Origin: an uncultured Gammaproteobacteria bacterium
GTDB taxonomy: Bacteria > Pseudomonadota > Gammaproteobacteria > JAURND01
Reading direction: 5' to 3'
NCBI GenBank assembly: GCA_963714975.1
Contig: CAVQQD010000003.1
Span: 288,001-352,000 of the forward strand
DNA length: 64,000 nt
The number at the start of each line of letters is the position of its first letter. Position 1 is the stretch's first letter. The notes beneath the pieces were generated by a model. The model saw only the letters and a program-made list of their open reading frames with translations. It was not told where the DNA came from and made no database searches. Both the position numbers and the translations under genes were made by a program. Positions 33,307 through 42,438 of the stretch are shown one piece after another.

Positions 33307-33828
33307 ATGCGTTATTTGCTTCCCTTACTGATATTTGCAGCATTGGCGGGCTTGTTCTGGAAAGGATTACAGCAAGACCCACATCAATTGCCCTCGGCTT
33401 TTATTAATAAACCATTACCGACTTTTCGTTACTCGAGTCTTGGGGATTCTTCGCGTATCATCAGTAATCAAGCCTTGTTGGGTCATGTGTTATTGCTGAA
33501 TGTATGGGCAACTTGGTGTGTAACCTGTCGCGCAGAGCACGCGGTGTTGATGGATATCGCTCAATCTAAGCAAGTAAAGGTAATTGGGCTCAATTATAAA
33601 GATGACGAGAAGGCGGCTCAAGCATGGCTCAAGCAGTATGGCAACCCCTATCACGAGGTTATATTTGATCCGCAGGGGACATTGGGTATTGATCTTGGAG
33701 TCTATGGTACTCCAGAAACCTTTGTCATCGATGCGAATGGGGTGATTCGTTATAAACATGTTGGTCCGCTGAGTCCTAGTGCTTGGCGGGAAAAAATTGC
33801 ACCGGTAGTGAGGCAATGGTTAAGTTAA
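33307..33828 (+). CDS. ccmG: Thiol:disulfide interchange protein DsbE/CcmG
   Basis: NVWATWCVTCRAEH and GVYGTPETF motifs. Confidence 0.92.
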   Translation: MRYLLPLLIFAALAGLFWKGLQQDPHQLPSAFINKPLPTFRYSSLGDSSRIISNQALLGHVLLLNVWATWCVTCRAEHAVLMDIAQSKQVKVIGLNYKDDEKAAQAWLKQYGNPYHEVIFDPQGTLGIDLGVYGTPETFVIDANGVIRYKHVGPLSPSAWREKIAPVVRQWLS

Positions 33829-34235
33829 TCCTAATGAGTTTCATTGGCCTATGTTGTCTGGCAGCCGGGGCACAAGCAGTAGAAACTTATCACTTTGCTT
33901 CCAAGCAACAGCAAGAGCAGTTCAGGTCCGTTACTCAGGAATTGCGTTGTTTGGTCTGTCAGAATGAAACCATCGCGGATTCCAATGCCCCCTTAGCCCG
34001 AGATTTACGCAGCCAGGTCTATCAGAAAATTCTTGCTGGAGAAGATAAAACTGCAATAATTCATTATTTAGTCGAGCGCTACGGGCAATTTATTTTATTT
34101 AAGCCCGCCTTTAATTCCGCTACTTGGGTGTTGTGGCTGTTCCCAGTTATCTTTATTTTGCTAGGATTTATTTTTGTGCTACACCTAATTCGCCGCGCTA
34201 AAGCTAGGATCCCCTCTCCTCCGCCTGAGCGTTAG
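33816..34235 (+). CDS. ccmH: Cytochrome c biogenesis protein CcmH
   Basis: LRCLVCQNETIADSNAPLARDLR motif. Confidence 0.92.
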   Translation: MVKLILMSFIGLCCLAAGAQAVETYHFASKQQQEQFRSVTQELRCLVCQNETIADSNAPLARDLRSQVYQKILAGEDKTAIIHYLVERYGQFILFKPAFNSATWVLWLFPVIFILLGFIFVLHLIRRAKARIPSPPPER

Positions 34236-34319
34236 CGAAGGAAGGTGGGAGAGGGGGTGGACGGGCCTGACTCACCCCTCATCCGGCCTGCGGCCACCTT
34301 CTCCCACAAGGGGAGAAGG
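34211..34319. repeat. Family A REP-like cluster overlapping the ccmH stop
   Basis: cccctctcc...gggagaggggg and cccctcatccggcctgcggccaccttctcccacaaggggagaagg. Confidence 0.8.
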
Positions 34320-34336
34320 AATAAGAGAGGCTTACT

Positions 34337-34747
34337 ATGATAATTTTTTGGTCCATCATTATCCTCATGACATTACTGGCAGTAGGAATTTTCTTCTTCC
34401 CATTACGTCACTGGATCTTGCTTAAACCGGGTAGGGCAGTGGCGATTTCCCTTGGAACCACTTTCAGCCTTGGTCTGATGGCGGGTGGGCTCTATTGGAA
34501 ATTAGGCGCTAGTCAGCCGCTTACGGATTATTTATTAGCAGAAAAAAAACAGGCGCAGATTGTGGCCGAATTAGCTCGCTTAGGTAGCGTGGAAAACATT
34601 ATTGCTCAGCTGAAGCAGCGCGTTGAGCAGCACCCTGATAGTCGTGGTTGGTATTTGTTGGGACGTTTGTACTTACAAACTCAGCAATTCGAATTGGCAG
34701 CTCAGGCTTTTGAGAAGGCTAAATCCCTTTTAACCCCCTCTCCCTAA
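34337..34747 (+). CDS. ccmI: Short CcmI/CycH-like TPR protein
   Basis: Two TM segments, GLYWKLGA and a TPR (GWYLLGRLY); follows ccmH. Confidence 0.7.
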   Translation: MIIFWSIIILMTLLAVGIFFFPLRHWILLKPGRAVAISLGTTFSLGLMAGGLYWKLGASQPLTDYLLAEKKQAQIVAELARLGSVENIIAQLKQRVEQHPDSRGWYLLGRLYLQTQQFELAAQAFEKAKSLLTPSP

Positions 34748-34772
34748 CCCTCTCCCCCCTTCTAAATCTCCT

Positions 34773-34914
34773 CTCCACCCCTCCGTCATCCTGAGCTCCA
34801 CCCCTCCGTCATCCTGAGCTCCCCCTCTCCGTCATCCTGAGCGAAGCGAAGGATCTCCTGCAACTGGCATGGAGATCCCTCGTTGCAAGCTCCTCGGGAT
34901 GACGGAGAGGGGGG
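34773..34914. repeat. Family C palindromic element with three 23-bp tandem end copies
   Basis: (ctccacccctccgtcatcctgag)x3, the third copy leading into gtcatcctgagcgaagcgaaggatctcc...ctcgggatgac (34831-34903). Confidence 0.85.
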
Positions 34915-34970
34915 ATTGCCTGTTGACGACACTGCCAAACTTTGCTATCTATGTTTCCCCGTTCTCGGAT

Positions 34971-35047
34971 GCGCCCGTAGCTCAGCTGGATAGAGTACCT
35001 GGCTTCGAACCAGGTGGTCGGGAGTTCGAATCTCTCCGGGCGCGCCA
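34971..35047 (+). tRNA. tRNA-Arg (anticodon TCG)
   Basis: Cloverleaf with cctgg-cTTCGaa-ccagg arm, GTTCGAATC T-loop and CCA end. Confidence 0.95.
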
Positions 35048-35071
35048 AATTTCTCCTGAGGAGACAGCTTT

Positions 35072-35947
35072 ATGTTTCACGGCAGTATGGTGGCCTTAGT
35101 AACCCCTATGCTTGACGATGGCGTAATCGATGTTGAAAACTTACGTCGTTTGGTGGAATGGCATATTGAACAAGGCACTCAAGCTCTAGTCATTTTAGGA
35201 ACCACTGGTGAGGGTTCTACCATTAATCATGCCGAACGTGGTTTAGTCATACAACAAGTAATTGCCCAAGCGCGTGCACGGATCCCGGTAATAGTGGGCA
35301 CGGGTACTAATTCCACCGAAGTCTCTATTCACCGCACCAAAGAAGCCATGGAATTGGGCGCCGATGCTTGTTTGTTAGTGGTTCCTTATTATAGTAAGCC
35401 CACTCCAGAGGGGCTTTATCAGCACTTTAGAGCAATTGCTCAAGCGGTGCCGATTCCGCAAATTCTTTACAATGTACCGGCACGTACTGGCTGTGACTTA
35501 AAGCCAGCTACTATTGCGCATTTAAGCTCCTTCCCTAATATTATTGGCATAAAAGAAGCGAGTGGTGATATCAGTCGACTACAGGAAATTACGAGCTTGA
35601 TTGACCAAGAATTAGATTTGTTTAGTGGAGATGATGCGACTTGTTTCGATTTTATGTTAGCCGGAGGTCGGGGCGTCATTTCAGTGACAGCGAATGTAGC
35701 TCCTAAGCAAATGCGTGCGCTCTGTGATGCCACACTCAAAGGTCGGCAGGACGAGGGTAGAAAATTAAACGAGCATTTAATGGATTTACATAAAAATTTA
35801 TTCGTAGAAAGCAACCCCATTCCGGTAAAATGGGCCTTGCATAAGATGGGCATGATTCCGCGAGGAATACGCCTTCCATTGACCCCTTTATCTGAGGAAT
35901 ATCATCAAGCAGTTGGCAATTCTTTAGATAAGATTATTTCAAGTTGA
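35072..35947 (+). CDS. dapA: 4-hydroxy-tetrahydrodipicolinate synthase
   Basis: GTTGE, YNVPARTG, GIKEA and ESNPIPVK motifs. Confidence 0.97.
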   Translation: MFHGSMVALVTPMLDDGVIDVENLRRLVEWHIEQGTQALVILGTTGEGSTINHAERGLVIQQVIAQARARIPVIVGTGTNSTEVSIHRTKEAMELGADACLLVVPYYSKPTPEGLYQHFRAIAQAVPIPQILYNVPARTGCDLKPATIAHLSSFPNIIGIKEASGDISRLQEITSLIDQELDLFSGDDATCFDFMLAGGRGVISVTANVAPKQMRALCDATLKGRQDEGRKLNEHLMDLHKNLFVESNPIPVKWALHKMGMIPRGIRLPLTPLSEEYHQAVGNSLDKIISS

Positions 35948-35957
35948 GGAGAAACAA

Positions 35958-36614
35958 ATGCAGCGCTATGGAAACTTACCATCAAATCCCCTCTCCCCTT
36001 GTGGGAGAGGGTTAGGGAGAGGGGAGCTAAGACTGTTCCTTTCTTCCCTGATTCTATCTGGAGTCGTAGCTTGTACTACTACATCGCCAGAAAAAGTTGC
36101 AAGCCGAAGTCAGATCCCGCAGATACCCCAGCAGGCTCAACTAGACAGCGTAGCTTCTGTTACGGTTCCGGCGGATTTAAGTGCTTCCAATATCAAAAAT
36201 AATTATGCTATTCCTGAAGCAGAAGCGACTGAACAGCCTAGTTCTTTAGCCCCTCCAGGGAGCAATTTGCAAAAAATTCAGGCGCAAAATCAACCTGCCA
36301 CGGCGCAAGCGGCAACTTTTAGCGGCAGCAGTTTGCAGTTAAATATGCCATTTGCCACCGCTTGGAATAAGGTAGGCAGGGCCTTGCCGGCAGCTGGATA
36401 TCAAGTTATGGAAAAATACAGTTATTCTGGAACCTATTATATTTTGGATAAAGCCGGTACTGGTGGCGTAGTGAAGCGAGATACCCAAATTTATCAAGTT
36501 CATTTGCAGAAAAATGGTGATGCCACAGCCGTTAGTTTGTTAAATGATAAAAATCAGTCTGCAGATTCGGCAATCTCTGGACGTATCTTAGGCGCATTAA
36601 AAAATAAGTTGTAA
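35958..36614 (+). CDS. bamC: Outer-membrane lipoprotein, BamC/NlpB-like, with a REP-derived insert in its signal peptide
   Basis: dapA-bamC-purC synteny, lipobox [13 protein letters not shown] motif; GAGGAG RBS before ATG 35958. Confidence 0.7.
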   Translation: MQRYGNLPSNPLSPCGRGLGRGELRLFLSSLILSGVVACTTTSPEKVASRSQIPQIPQQAQLDSVASVTVPADLSASNIKNNYAIPEAEATEQPSSLAPPGSNLQKIQAQNQPATAQAATFSGSSLQLNMPFATAWNKVGRALPAAGYQVMEKYSYSGTYYILDKAGTGGVVKRDTQIYQVHLQKNGDATAVSLLNDKNQSADSAISGRILGALKNKL

Positions 36615-36616
36615 AT

Positions 36617-37357
36617 ATGCTAACTAAGCAAGATTTCCGCTACTCAGGTAAGGCGAAGTCCCTTTATACGACTGAAGACCCGCATTACCTCATTATGGAG
36701 TTTCGAGATGACACCAGCGCCTTTGATGGTAGCAAAAAGGCGCAATTAACGCATAAGGGAGCGATTAATAATTGCTTCAATGCCTTTATCATGCAGCATT
36801 TAGAAGCAGCTGGGGTTGAGACACAGTGGGTCGAGTTATTTTCTGACCATGAATCGGTGGTAAAAAATTTGGACATGATCCCAGTTGAATGTGTGGTACG
36901 CAATATTGCTGCTGGCCATTTATGTAGTCGCGTTGGCGTTGCAGAAGGGATGGACCTCATTCCCCCGACTTTTGAGTTCTTTTTAAAAAATGATGCCTTG
37001 CATGATCCGATGATTAATGAATCAATCATTAGAACCCTGGGTTGGGCCAGTGAAGATGAAATGGCTTTTATGCAGCAACAATCGCTCAAGATCAATGAAA
37101 TATTAAAATCTTTATTTAGTCAGTCTGGGCTGTTGTTAGTCGATTTTAAACTCGAATTTGGGCGCTACCAACAGCATCTAATTTTAGGCGATGAATTTAC
37201 CCCCGATGGTTGCCGGATTTGGGATGCAATAACGCGTAAGAAATTAGACAAAGACCGTTTTCGTCAGGACTTGGGGGGCGTGATTGAGGCTTATGAAGAA
37301 GTATCCCATCGTTTAGGTGTTTCTTACGAAACTGGAGAGGTACCGAAGCGGTCATAA
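36617..37357 (+). CDS. purC: SAICAR synthetase
   Basis: [26 protein letters not shown] and LDKDRFR motifs. Confidence 0.97.
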   Translation: MLTKQDFRYSGKAKSLYTTEDPHYLIMEFRDDTSAFDGSKKAQLTHKGAINNCFNAFIMQHLEAAGVETQWVELFSDHESVVKNLDMIPVECVVRNIAAGHLCSRVGVAEGMDLIPPTFEFFLKNDALHDPMINESIIRTLGWASEDEMAFMQQQSLKINEILKSLFSQSGLLLVDFKLEFGRYQQHLILGDEFTPDGCRIWDAITRKKLDKDRFRQDLGGVIEAYEEVSHRLGVSYETGEVPKRS

Positions 37358-37422
37358 CGGCGCCGACTCGAAATCGGATGGGGCGCAAGCCCACGTGGGT
37401 TCGAATCCCACCCTCTCCGCCA
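37334..37422 (+). tRNA. tRNA-Ser (anticodon CGA)
   Basis: GGAGAGG/CCTCTCC acceptor stem, long variable arm, loop ctCGAaa and GCCA end. Confidence 0.95.
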
Positions 37423-37448
37423 AAATTTAATCTAAGAGGAAATTAAAT

Positions 37449-38480
37449 ATGACAACTGAATTACGCGGCAAAGAGAAGATATTGTACGAATATGCTGTAA
37501 TCCCACCTGAACGTTCCCTTCAAGCAAATCCAGGCGAGAAAACAACAGAAAAATTGCTAGAAGAGCGTATTAATGGCATTTTTCTTAATGAGATTGAGCA
37601 TATTTTAGCCGAGACGAAGGGTGGTCATTCAGAACAAATATTTTTGGGAGATTATCAAGTTACTAGTATCCAAGATGGATTGTCAGAGTCAGCGCAGGGA
37701 TTCCAGCTAACTCATGTCGGGGGTTTAGAGGATGCCAAAAAAAAAGATCGAGAAGTAGAAATTGACGAGCTTGTCGATCTCTTAAAGCAAGACCTCGGTT
37801 TTAAAGGTGGCAAAGCACCTAAATCGCCAATGCGTCGTCCTCATTGCAAAATTTGGGCAGCAGGTCAAAGTCCAATGACAAACGATCCTTTTCCTATATT
37901 TAGATTGGTTGATCCGCCCAAGGAAAATGTTTATACGTTTCTAAAACCTCTTAGTCTGGTCAAGCATTACTACTCCGCAGAGCAGCTGCTAAATGCTAAA
38001 GCTTCTGGAGGAGAATATCACGGGTTTTCTAAGGACAGGACCCGAGCTTGGTCAGATAACAAACCACCATACTATACAGCCCACTATAGGCATCTAGAGG
38101 AGAAGAGGAGCTCAAATACAACCGTACCATACTATCAGCAAGTGAAATGCTCTGATGATGATTTGGGGCATGGACTCAAGGATTTTTATTTTGACTATGA
38201 GGCTTTTAATATAAACAAGTCAACATTTGTTGCAAATACCTATAAACCAGTCAGTGCTATAGCAGCGACGGCGATAGCCGGAAATGTTTTATTTTTTCAT
38301 TTTGTATCACTACAAGACCTGAGAGCACCAATGTTTGGTGCGATCCCTGTTGTACTAGCAGAGGTCCTTCTTTTGTACCTTCTTGTAGTATCAATTAGCG
38401 CGGAATTTACTCGACAACAGGATGAATATTTTGAAACTGCTTGTATTCAAAGAGATCCTGAATCAATAGTACTAACTTAA
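37449..38480 (+). CDS. Hypothetical protein with two C-terminal TM segments, paralog A
   Basis: 343-aa ORF, GAGGA RBS, colinear with 42815..43876. Confidence 0.8.
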   Translation: MTTELRGKEKILYEYAVIPPERSLQANPGEKTTEKLLEERINGIFLNEIEHILAETKGGHSEQIFLGDYQVTSIQDGLSESAQGFQLTHVGGLEDAKKKDREVEIDELVDLLKQDLGFKGGKAPKSPMRRPHCKIWAAGQSPMTNDPFPIFRLVDPPKENVYTFLKPLSLVKHYYSAEQLLNAKASGGEYHGFSKDRTRAWSDNKPPYYTAHYRHLEEKRSSNTTVPYYQQVKCSDDDLGHGLKDFYFDYEAFNINKSTFVANTYKPVSAIAATAIAGNVLFFHFVSLQDLRAPMFGAIPVVLAEVLLLYLLVVSISAEFTRQQDEYFETACIQRDPESIVLT

Positions 38481-38496
38481 GAAATAGTGATGGAAC

Positions 38497-38592
38497 TATT
38501 CACCACGATTTTGCCTCTCCCCTTGGGAGAGGCCGCCGCGCCGTAAGGCGCGCGGGTGAGGGGTAAGCAGCAGTTAGCATTTAGCTAATAAA
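38497..38592 (+). repeat. Left half of the MITE-like element at 4272
   Basis: Near-identical to 4279-4375. Confidence 0.8.
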
Positions 38593-38786
38593 CCTAAAAA
38601 CGGCAGTTGAAGGACTTCCTAACCCATAAAACTCTGATCAAATATCTTCCAACAAAGTACCTTTTTTTCAATTTTATGTGGGTGCTGATAAACCAAGTGG
38701 TGGCTGCAGCGACTTTCCATTTAAATATTTTCCTACTGCTTGACTCAAAATTCGATACCAACATTGATCATGTGTTAACTGCTCCG

Positions 38787-38967
38787 GGTGAGTAGACCAG
38801 GGCATTTCAGCCCCAGCCCCTCTCAGAACAGTGCATGAACCTCTCGATTCACACTGCTCCCATTAAGCAAATTCCCCAATCCAACCCATACGTCAGTGCG
38901 CAAATAAATTTCGGTTAGTTTTAGCAATATTTTCTAAAACTTTTCCTGCTTTCGCTTTACGCCCCAT
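38787..38967 (-). mobile_element. Group II intron 3' remnant (domains V-VI and dead maturase tail)
   Basis: Domain V GAGCAGTGTGAATC-GAGA-GGTTCATGCACTGTTC (38859-38826); domain VI ending CTACTCACC; upstream frame ...KTNRNLFAH*RMGWIGEFA*. Confidence 0.85.
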
Positions 38968-39010
38968 CTAATTCCCATAAATGATACCCTAGGTGCGAAT
39001 AGTAATTTAG

Positions 39011-39301
39011 TCACATTGAGCTTTTTATTTGTTTTTTTAGAAGGCTATAAAAATTTTCGTGAGGGGCAAACGAGACCAAGGTTAATTCATCCGTTTCTTC
39101 TTCATAAAGGTAAGCAAGCAATATTAATTGCTGTAAAATACGAAACTTATAAACACGAATCCCAGCTAAATCTCCCTTCTTTAATTCACCAATAGGAGGG
39201 TCGTTCTCAATTTCCTCAATTGCTTCTTTAAGCGCAACCAATTGATTACGATGCAGCTTTTTCGCTGCGCGTAAGAAAGTATTGGTTCGTAAAACCTTCA
39301 T
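39011..39301 (-). CDS. RelE/ParE-family toxin
   Basis: IGELKKGDLAGIRVYKF and HENFY motifs. Confidence 0.88.
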   Translation of the reverse strand: MKVLRTNTFLRAAKKLHRNQLVALKEAIEEIENDPPIGELKKGDLAGIRVYKFRILQQLILLAYLYEEETDELTLVSFAPHENFYSLLKKQIKSSM

Positions 39302-39522
39302 AATTCATCCGGATCATATTCTTGAACATTACCAAGTCGCACATCTTCGAGACCCAACAAAATTCCTTTAACAGCCTCATAGTTAAGGTCTGGATTTTCT
39401 TCAGCAATACGACCTATTTTGGCCCAGTGCTCGATCTGCTTAGGGACGGAACGGCTTTCTGCTCTAGAATAAGAACGCGCAATACTAACTAAGTCATTAT
39501 CTAAATTAACAGCAATTCCCAT
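39298..39522 (-). CDS. ParD-like antitoxin
   Basis: RSVPKQIEHWAKIGRIAEENPDL motif; overlaps the toxin start. Confidence 0.88.
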   Translation of the reverse strand: MGIAVNLDNDLVSIARSYSRAESRSVPKQIEHWAKIGRIAEENPDLNYEAVKGILLGLEDVRLGNVQEYDPDEL

Positions 39523-39889
39523 GATCTACCTCCAATAATTTACTTAACTAAAGTATACAATATAATATTGCTTAATGCAATAAGGAATTACAATATATAA
39601 CATTACATTAAGCTTGATTATTGACTCTTCAGCCTCATTACCATATCCAACGGTCAAATCCAATTCGAATGACATTAATTAAAATGATACGGAACACTTC
39701 CGCCCTGAGAAAAGGCATAACAATTGCTAAACCCACGTAAAAACTGACTAATCCCTGAGCAAGATCAGTTAAAATCGCAGCCCGGCTCCTATCGGTTCAA
39801 CAAGAAGATAAATGTACTGTAGTGTCTACCTGTTTTGGATTCGCTTTTTACTGTATTGAGTTTGGCTTTGACCAGAATATAATAGCCGC

Positions 39890-41086
39890 ATGAAAATACA
39901 ACAAGCATTTAGATTCCGTATTGAGCCGAATGGTGCGCAAAAACGCGCGATGAGTCAGTTTGCGGGTAATGCACGTAAGGTTTGGAATTTAGCATTAGCG
40001 CGTCAACAAGAGCTCTATGCCGAAAACAAACCGTTTACCCATAGCTTTGGTATGAATCACTGGTTGTTAGTATGGAAAAAAGCAATGCCCTACCTGCAAC
40101 AATCGCCTTCCCAAACCTTGCAACAAGTCACCAAGGACCTTGATCGCGCATTTAAAAACCTCTTCGCCCACCGTGCTGCTTTCCCAAAATTCAAGAAAAA
40201 AGCTCACTCATCAGCTAGTTTTCGTTTTCCACAAGGGTTTAAGCTCGATCAAGATAATAACCGTATTTTTCTGCCAAAGTTGGGATGGATACGCTATCGC
40301 AACAGTCGCGATGTAGTAGGGAAAATTAAAAACGTCATCGTTAAGCAATGCAATGGCTTGTGGTTTGTATCAGTGCAGGCCGAGCGTGAAGAGAGTCAAC
40401 CCTTGCCAACAGCTACTACCCCAGTGGGTATCGATATGGGTATTGCACGTTTTGCTACGATGAGTGATGGGACCTATGTCGAACCCGTGAATAGCTTCAA
40501 AAAACATCAAGCACGTAACGTCGCCTCAAGCGTAAGAAAAAATTTAGTCGTAATTGGATAAAAGCCCAAAGACGGGTTCAAAAGACTCACAACACGATTG
40601 CCAATGTCAGACAAGATTTTCTGCACAAAACCAGCACCGCGATCAGCAAAAACCACGCGCTCGTCTGTGTTGAGGATTTGCAGATAGCTGCAATGTCGAA
40701 ATCTGCCCAAGGCAATTGTGAGCAGCACGGTCGCCAGGTCAGACAAAAGGCAGGTTTAAATCGTGCCATACTGGATCAGGGTTGGGGCGAATTTCGACGC
40801 CAATTAGCTTACAAGCTTGAGTGGAACGGCGGCATTTTTCTGGCGGTGGATCCCGAAAAATACCAGTCGAACCTGTCCTGCCTGTCAGCACGTTTGTGCA
40901 GACAATCGCAAAACGCAAGCTGAGTTTGTTTGCGTGCGTTGCGGCTATAGCCACCATGCCGATGTGGTTGGCGCGATCAATATTTTAGAGCGGGGGCACC
41001 GCTTGCTAGCTTGTGGAGAGAAGACGCAGTCAGGTCGCTCGAGGAAGCAAGAACCCACCGAAGCGAGTTGCGCACAGGTTGCGTAA
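39890..41086 (+). pseudogene. tnpB: IS200/IS605-family TnpB, frameshifted near 40515 and 40860
   Basis: QAFRFR, FPKFKK, GIDMG, VEDL, GLNRAILDQGWGEF, TSRTCPAC, CVRCG and [11 protein letters not shown] motifs across three frames. Confidence 0.9.
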
Positions 41087-41092
41087 CCGCAG

Positions 41093-41121
41093 TAGGAATC
41101 CTCGCCCTTTAGGGCGAGGAG
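41093..41121 (+). mobile_element. IS200/IS605 right-end hairpin, 5' part; the remainder GATGTCAA is displaced to 42347-42354
   Basis: tcctcgccc-ttta-gggcgagga hairpin; rejoined end reads GGAATCCTCGCCCTTTAGGGCGAGGAGGATGTCAA. Confidence 0.85.
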
Positions 41122-41136
41122 ATACCGTCTCATCTG

Positions 41137-42102
41137 TCAAGCTAATTTTAATATATTTTGATCAAACACGGTTTCAGATTTTAGTATCCCGTAAATCATA
41201 TGAACAAGCTTTCTCATTACTGCGCCAATAATAACCATTTTGTGTTTGCCGGTTTTTTCTAGTCGCATAGAAAAATTTCTGAGTATTGGGTTATGTCTCA
41301 TGGCGACAACAGCGGGCATATAAAATGCTTTTCTTAGAGCCGAATCACCTGTTTTAGAGAGTCTAGCTCTACCATTGATAGAGGTTCCTGATTGTCGTTG
41401 CTTGGGATTAAGACCAACGAATGCCGCCAATTCTTTCGCATTATTGAATTTACTCACATTCCCAATAAAAGCCAATATCTGCGCTGTAGTTGCTTCTCCA
41501 ATACCAGGAATAGATTGCAATAGCTTGCTTTTTTTCTTCATGTCAGGATCGCTATTTATGTGATTTTTAATGACATTTTTAACTTCCTTAATATTGTTTT
41601 CTAAGTGGATAATGTTCTCTTGTATGTGCTCCTTTAAACAATCATCAGAGACTTCTAATCGGTTTGCTTCTTGCCTGTGCATAGCGATTAAATCATCCAA
41701 TCTCCTAACCCATTGCTGTAATATTTTAATCGGTTCAGGAGTTGGTTGCCATAATTCTGGGCCTATCAACTTACAAAATCTTGCAATTAATTTTGCATCA
41801 AGAATATCATTTTTAGAGCGGGCTAATTCACTTTGAGAAAATCCTTTAATTCTCGCAGGATTAACAACGCTTATAGGGATTTCTTGAGCATAAAGAAATT
41901 CGGCTAATGCCTGCCCGTAAATACTGGTTGCTTCCATACAAGCTTGAGACAACACGATTTCCTTCTGGTTTAGCCATACAAGTAATTTATTAAAGCCTTG
42001 CTCGTTATTGTTGAATTTTTGAGTTTTTATCTTATCTTCCATTAGCACAGCTACATCAAATGTATTTTTACTGATATCAATGCCTAGAAATGCTTTCTTC
42101 AT
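41137..42102 (-). CDS. IS110 bridge recombinase (DEDD RuvC plus Tnp domain), intact
   Basis: GIDISK, MEATS, KNDILDA, IPGIG and QSGTS motifs. Confidence 0.95.
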   Translation of the reverse strand: MKKAFLGIDISKNTFDVAVLMEDKIKTQKFNNNEQGFNKLLVWLNQKEIVLSQACMEATSIYGQALAEFLYAQEIPISVVNPARIKGFSQSELARSKNDILDAKLIARFCKLIGPELWQPTPEPIKILQQWVRRLDDLIAMHRQEANRLEVSDDCLKEHIQENIIHLENNIKEVKNVIKNHINSDPDMKKKSKLLQSIPGIGEATTAQILAFIGNVSKFNNAKELAAFVGLNPKQRQSGTSINGRARLSKTGDSALRKAFYMPAVVAMRHNPILRNFSMRLEKTGKHKMVIIGAVMRKLVHMIYGILKSETVFDQNILKLA

Positions 42103-42136
42103 AGTAGTATCCTACATGTTGCGAATAGCTTGGATA

Positions 42137-42310
42137 GCTTTATTCGGACCAACCTTGTGAATACAGGATCATTGATATTTACCTCAAGTCCTAAGATACC
42201 GTCCGGTCTGTATGAATAAAGTACGGGGTAAATTGCTAAAATCTCCTCTACAGGCTTAATGCCTTAGGAAGTCACCGGCATATTTACCCCTATCCAAGTG
42301 CCCTTGGATA
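42137..42310 (-). ncRNA. Bridge RNA
   Basis: 5' hairpin, then a target loop (guides TGACTTCCT and GAGGAG) and a donor loop (guides ACGGTATCT and ACAAG) matching the insertion site and element ends. Confidence 0.85.
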
Positions 42311-42368
42311 TTTAACCACATTGAGTGATTGGAATTAAGATACAAGGATGTCAAAACTTTTAGGGGTA

Positions 42369-42438
42369 CCAGAATAAGAGAATAAGTGAAATTTGTTCGG
42401 TAGCAAGGGAACAAATTTCACTTATTCTCTTATTCTGG
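42369..42438. repeat. Perfect 30-bp inverted repeat with 10-nt spacer
   Basis: ccagaataagagaataagtgaaatttgttc / gaacaaatttcacttattctcttattctgg. Confidence 0.85.

Larger units (their letters stand above)
41122..42346 (-). mobile_element. Complete IS110-family (IS621-like) element
   Basis: CT core at both junctions (41120-21 and 42345-46); circle junction ACGGTAT-CT-TGTAT. Confidence 0.9.

Noticed and set aside
34809-35099. ORFs 34809..35048, 34869..35099, 59177..59521 and 59227..59478
   Set aside because: They are shadow translations of tRNA genes and repeats.
39780-39870. tnpA remnant (KTGRH on the minus strand)
   Set aside because: Too short to support a call.
39890-41086. Functional TnpB/Cas12-like nuclease
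   Set aside because: It has two frameshifts, one with an apparent deletion, and its right-end RNA is interrupted by IS110.
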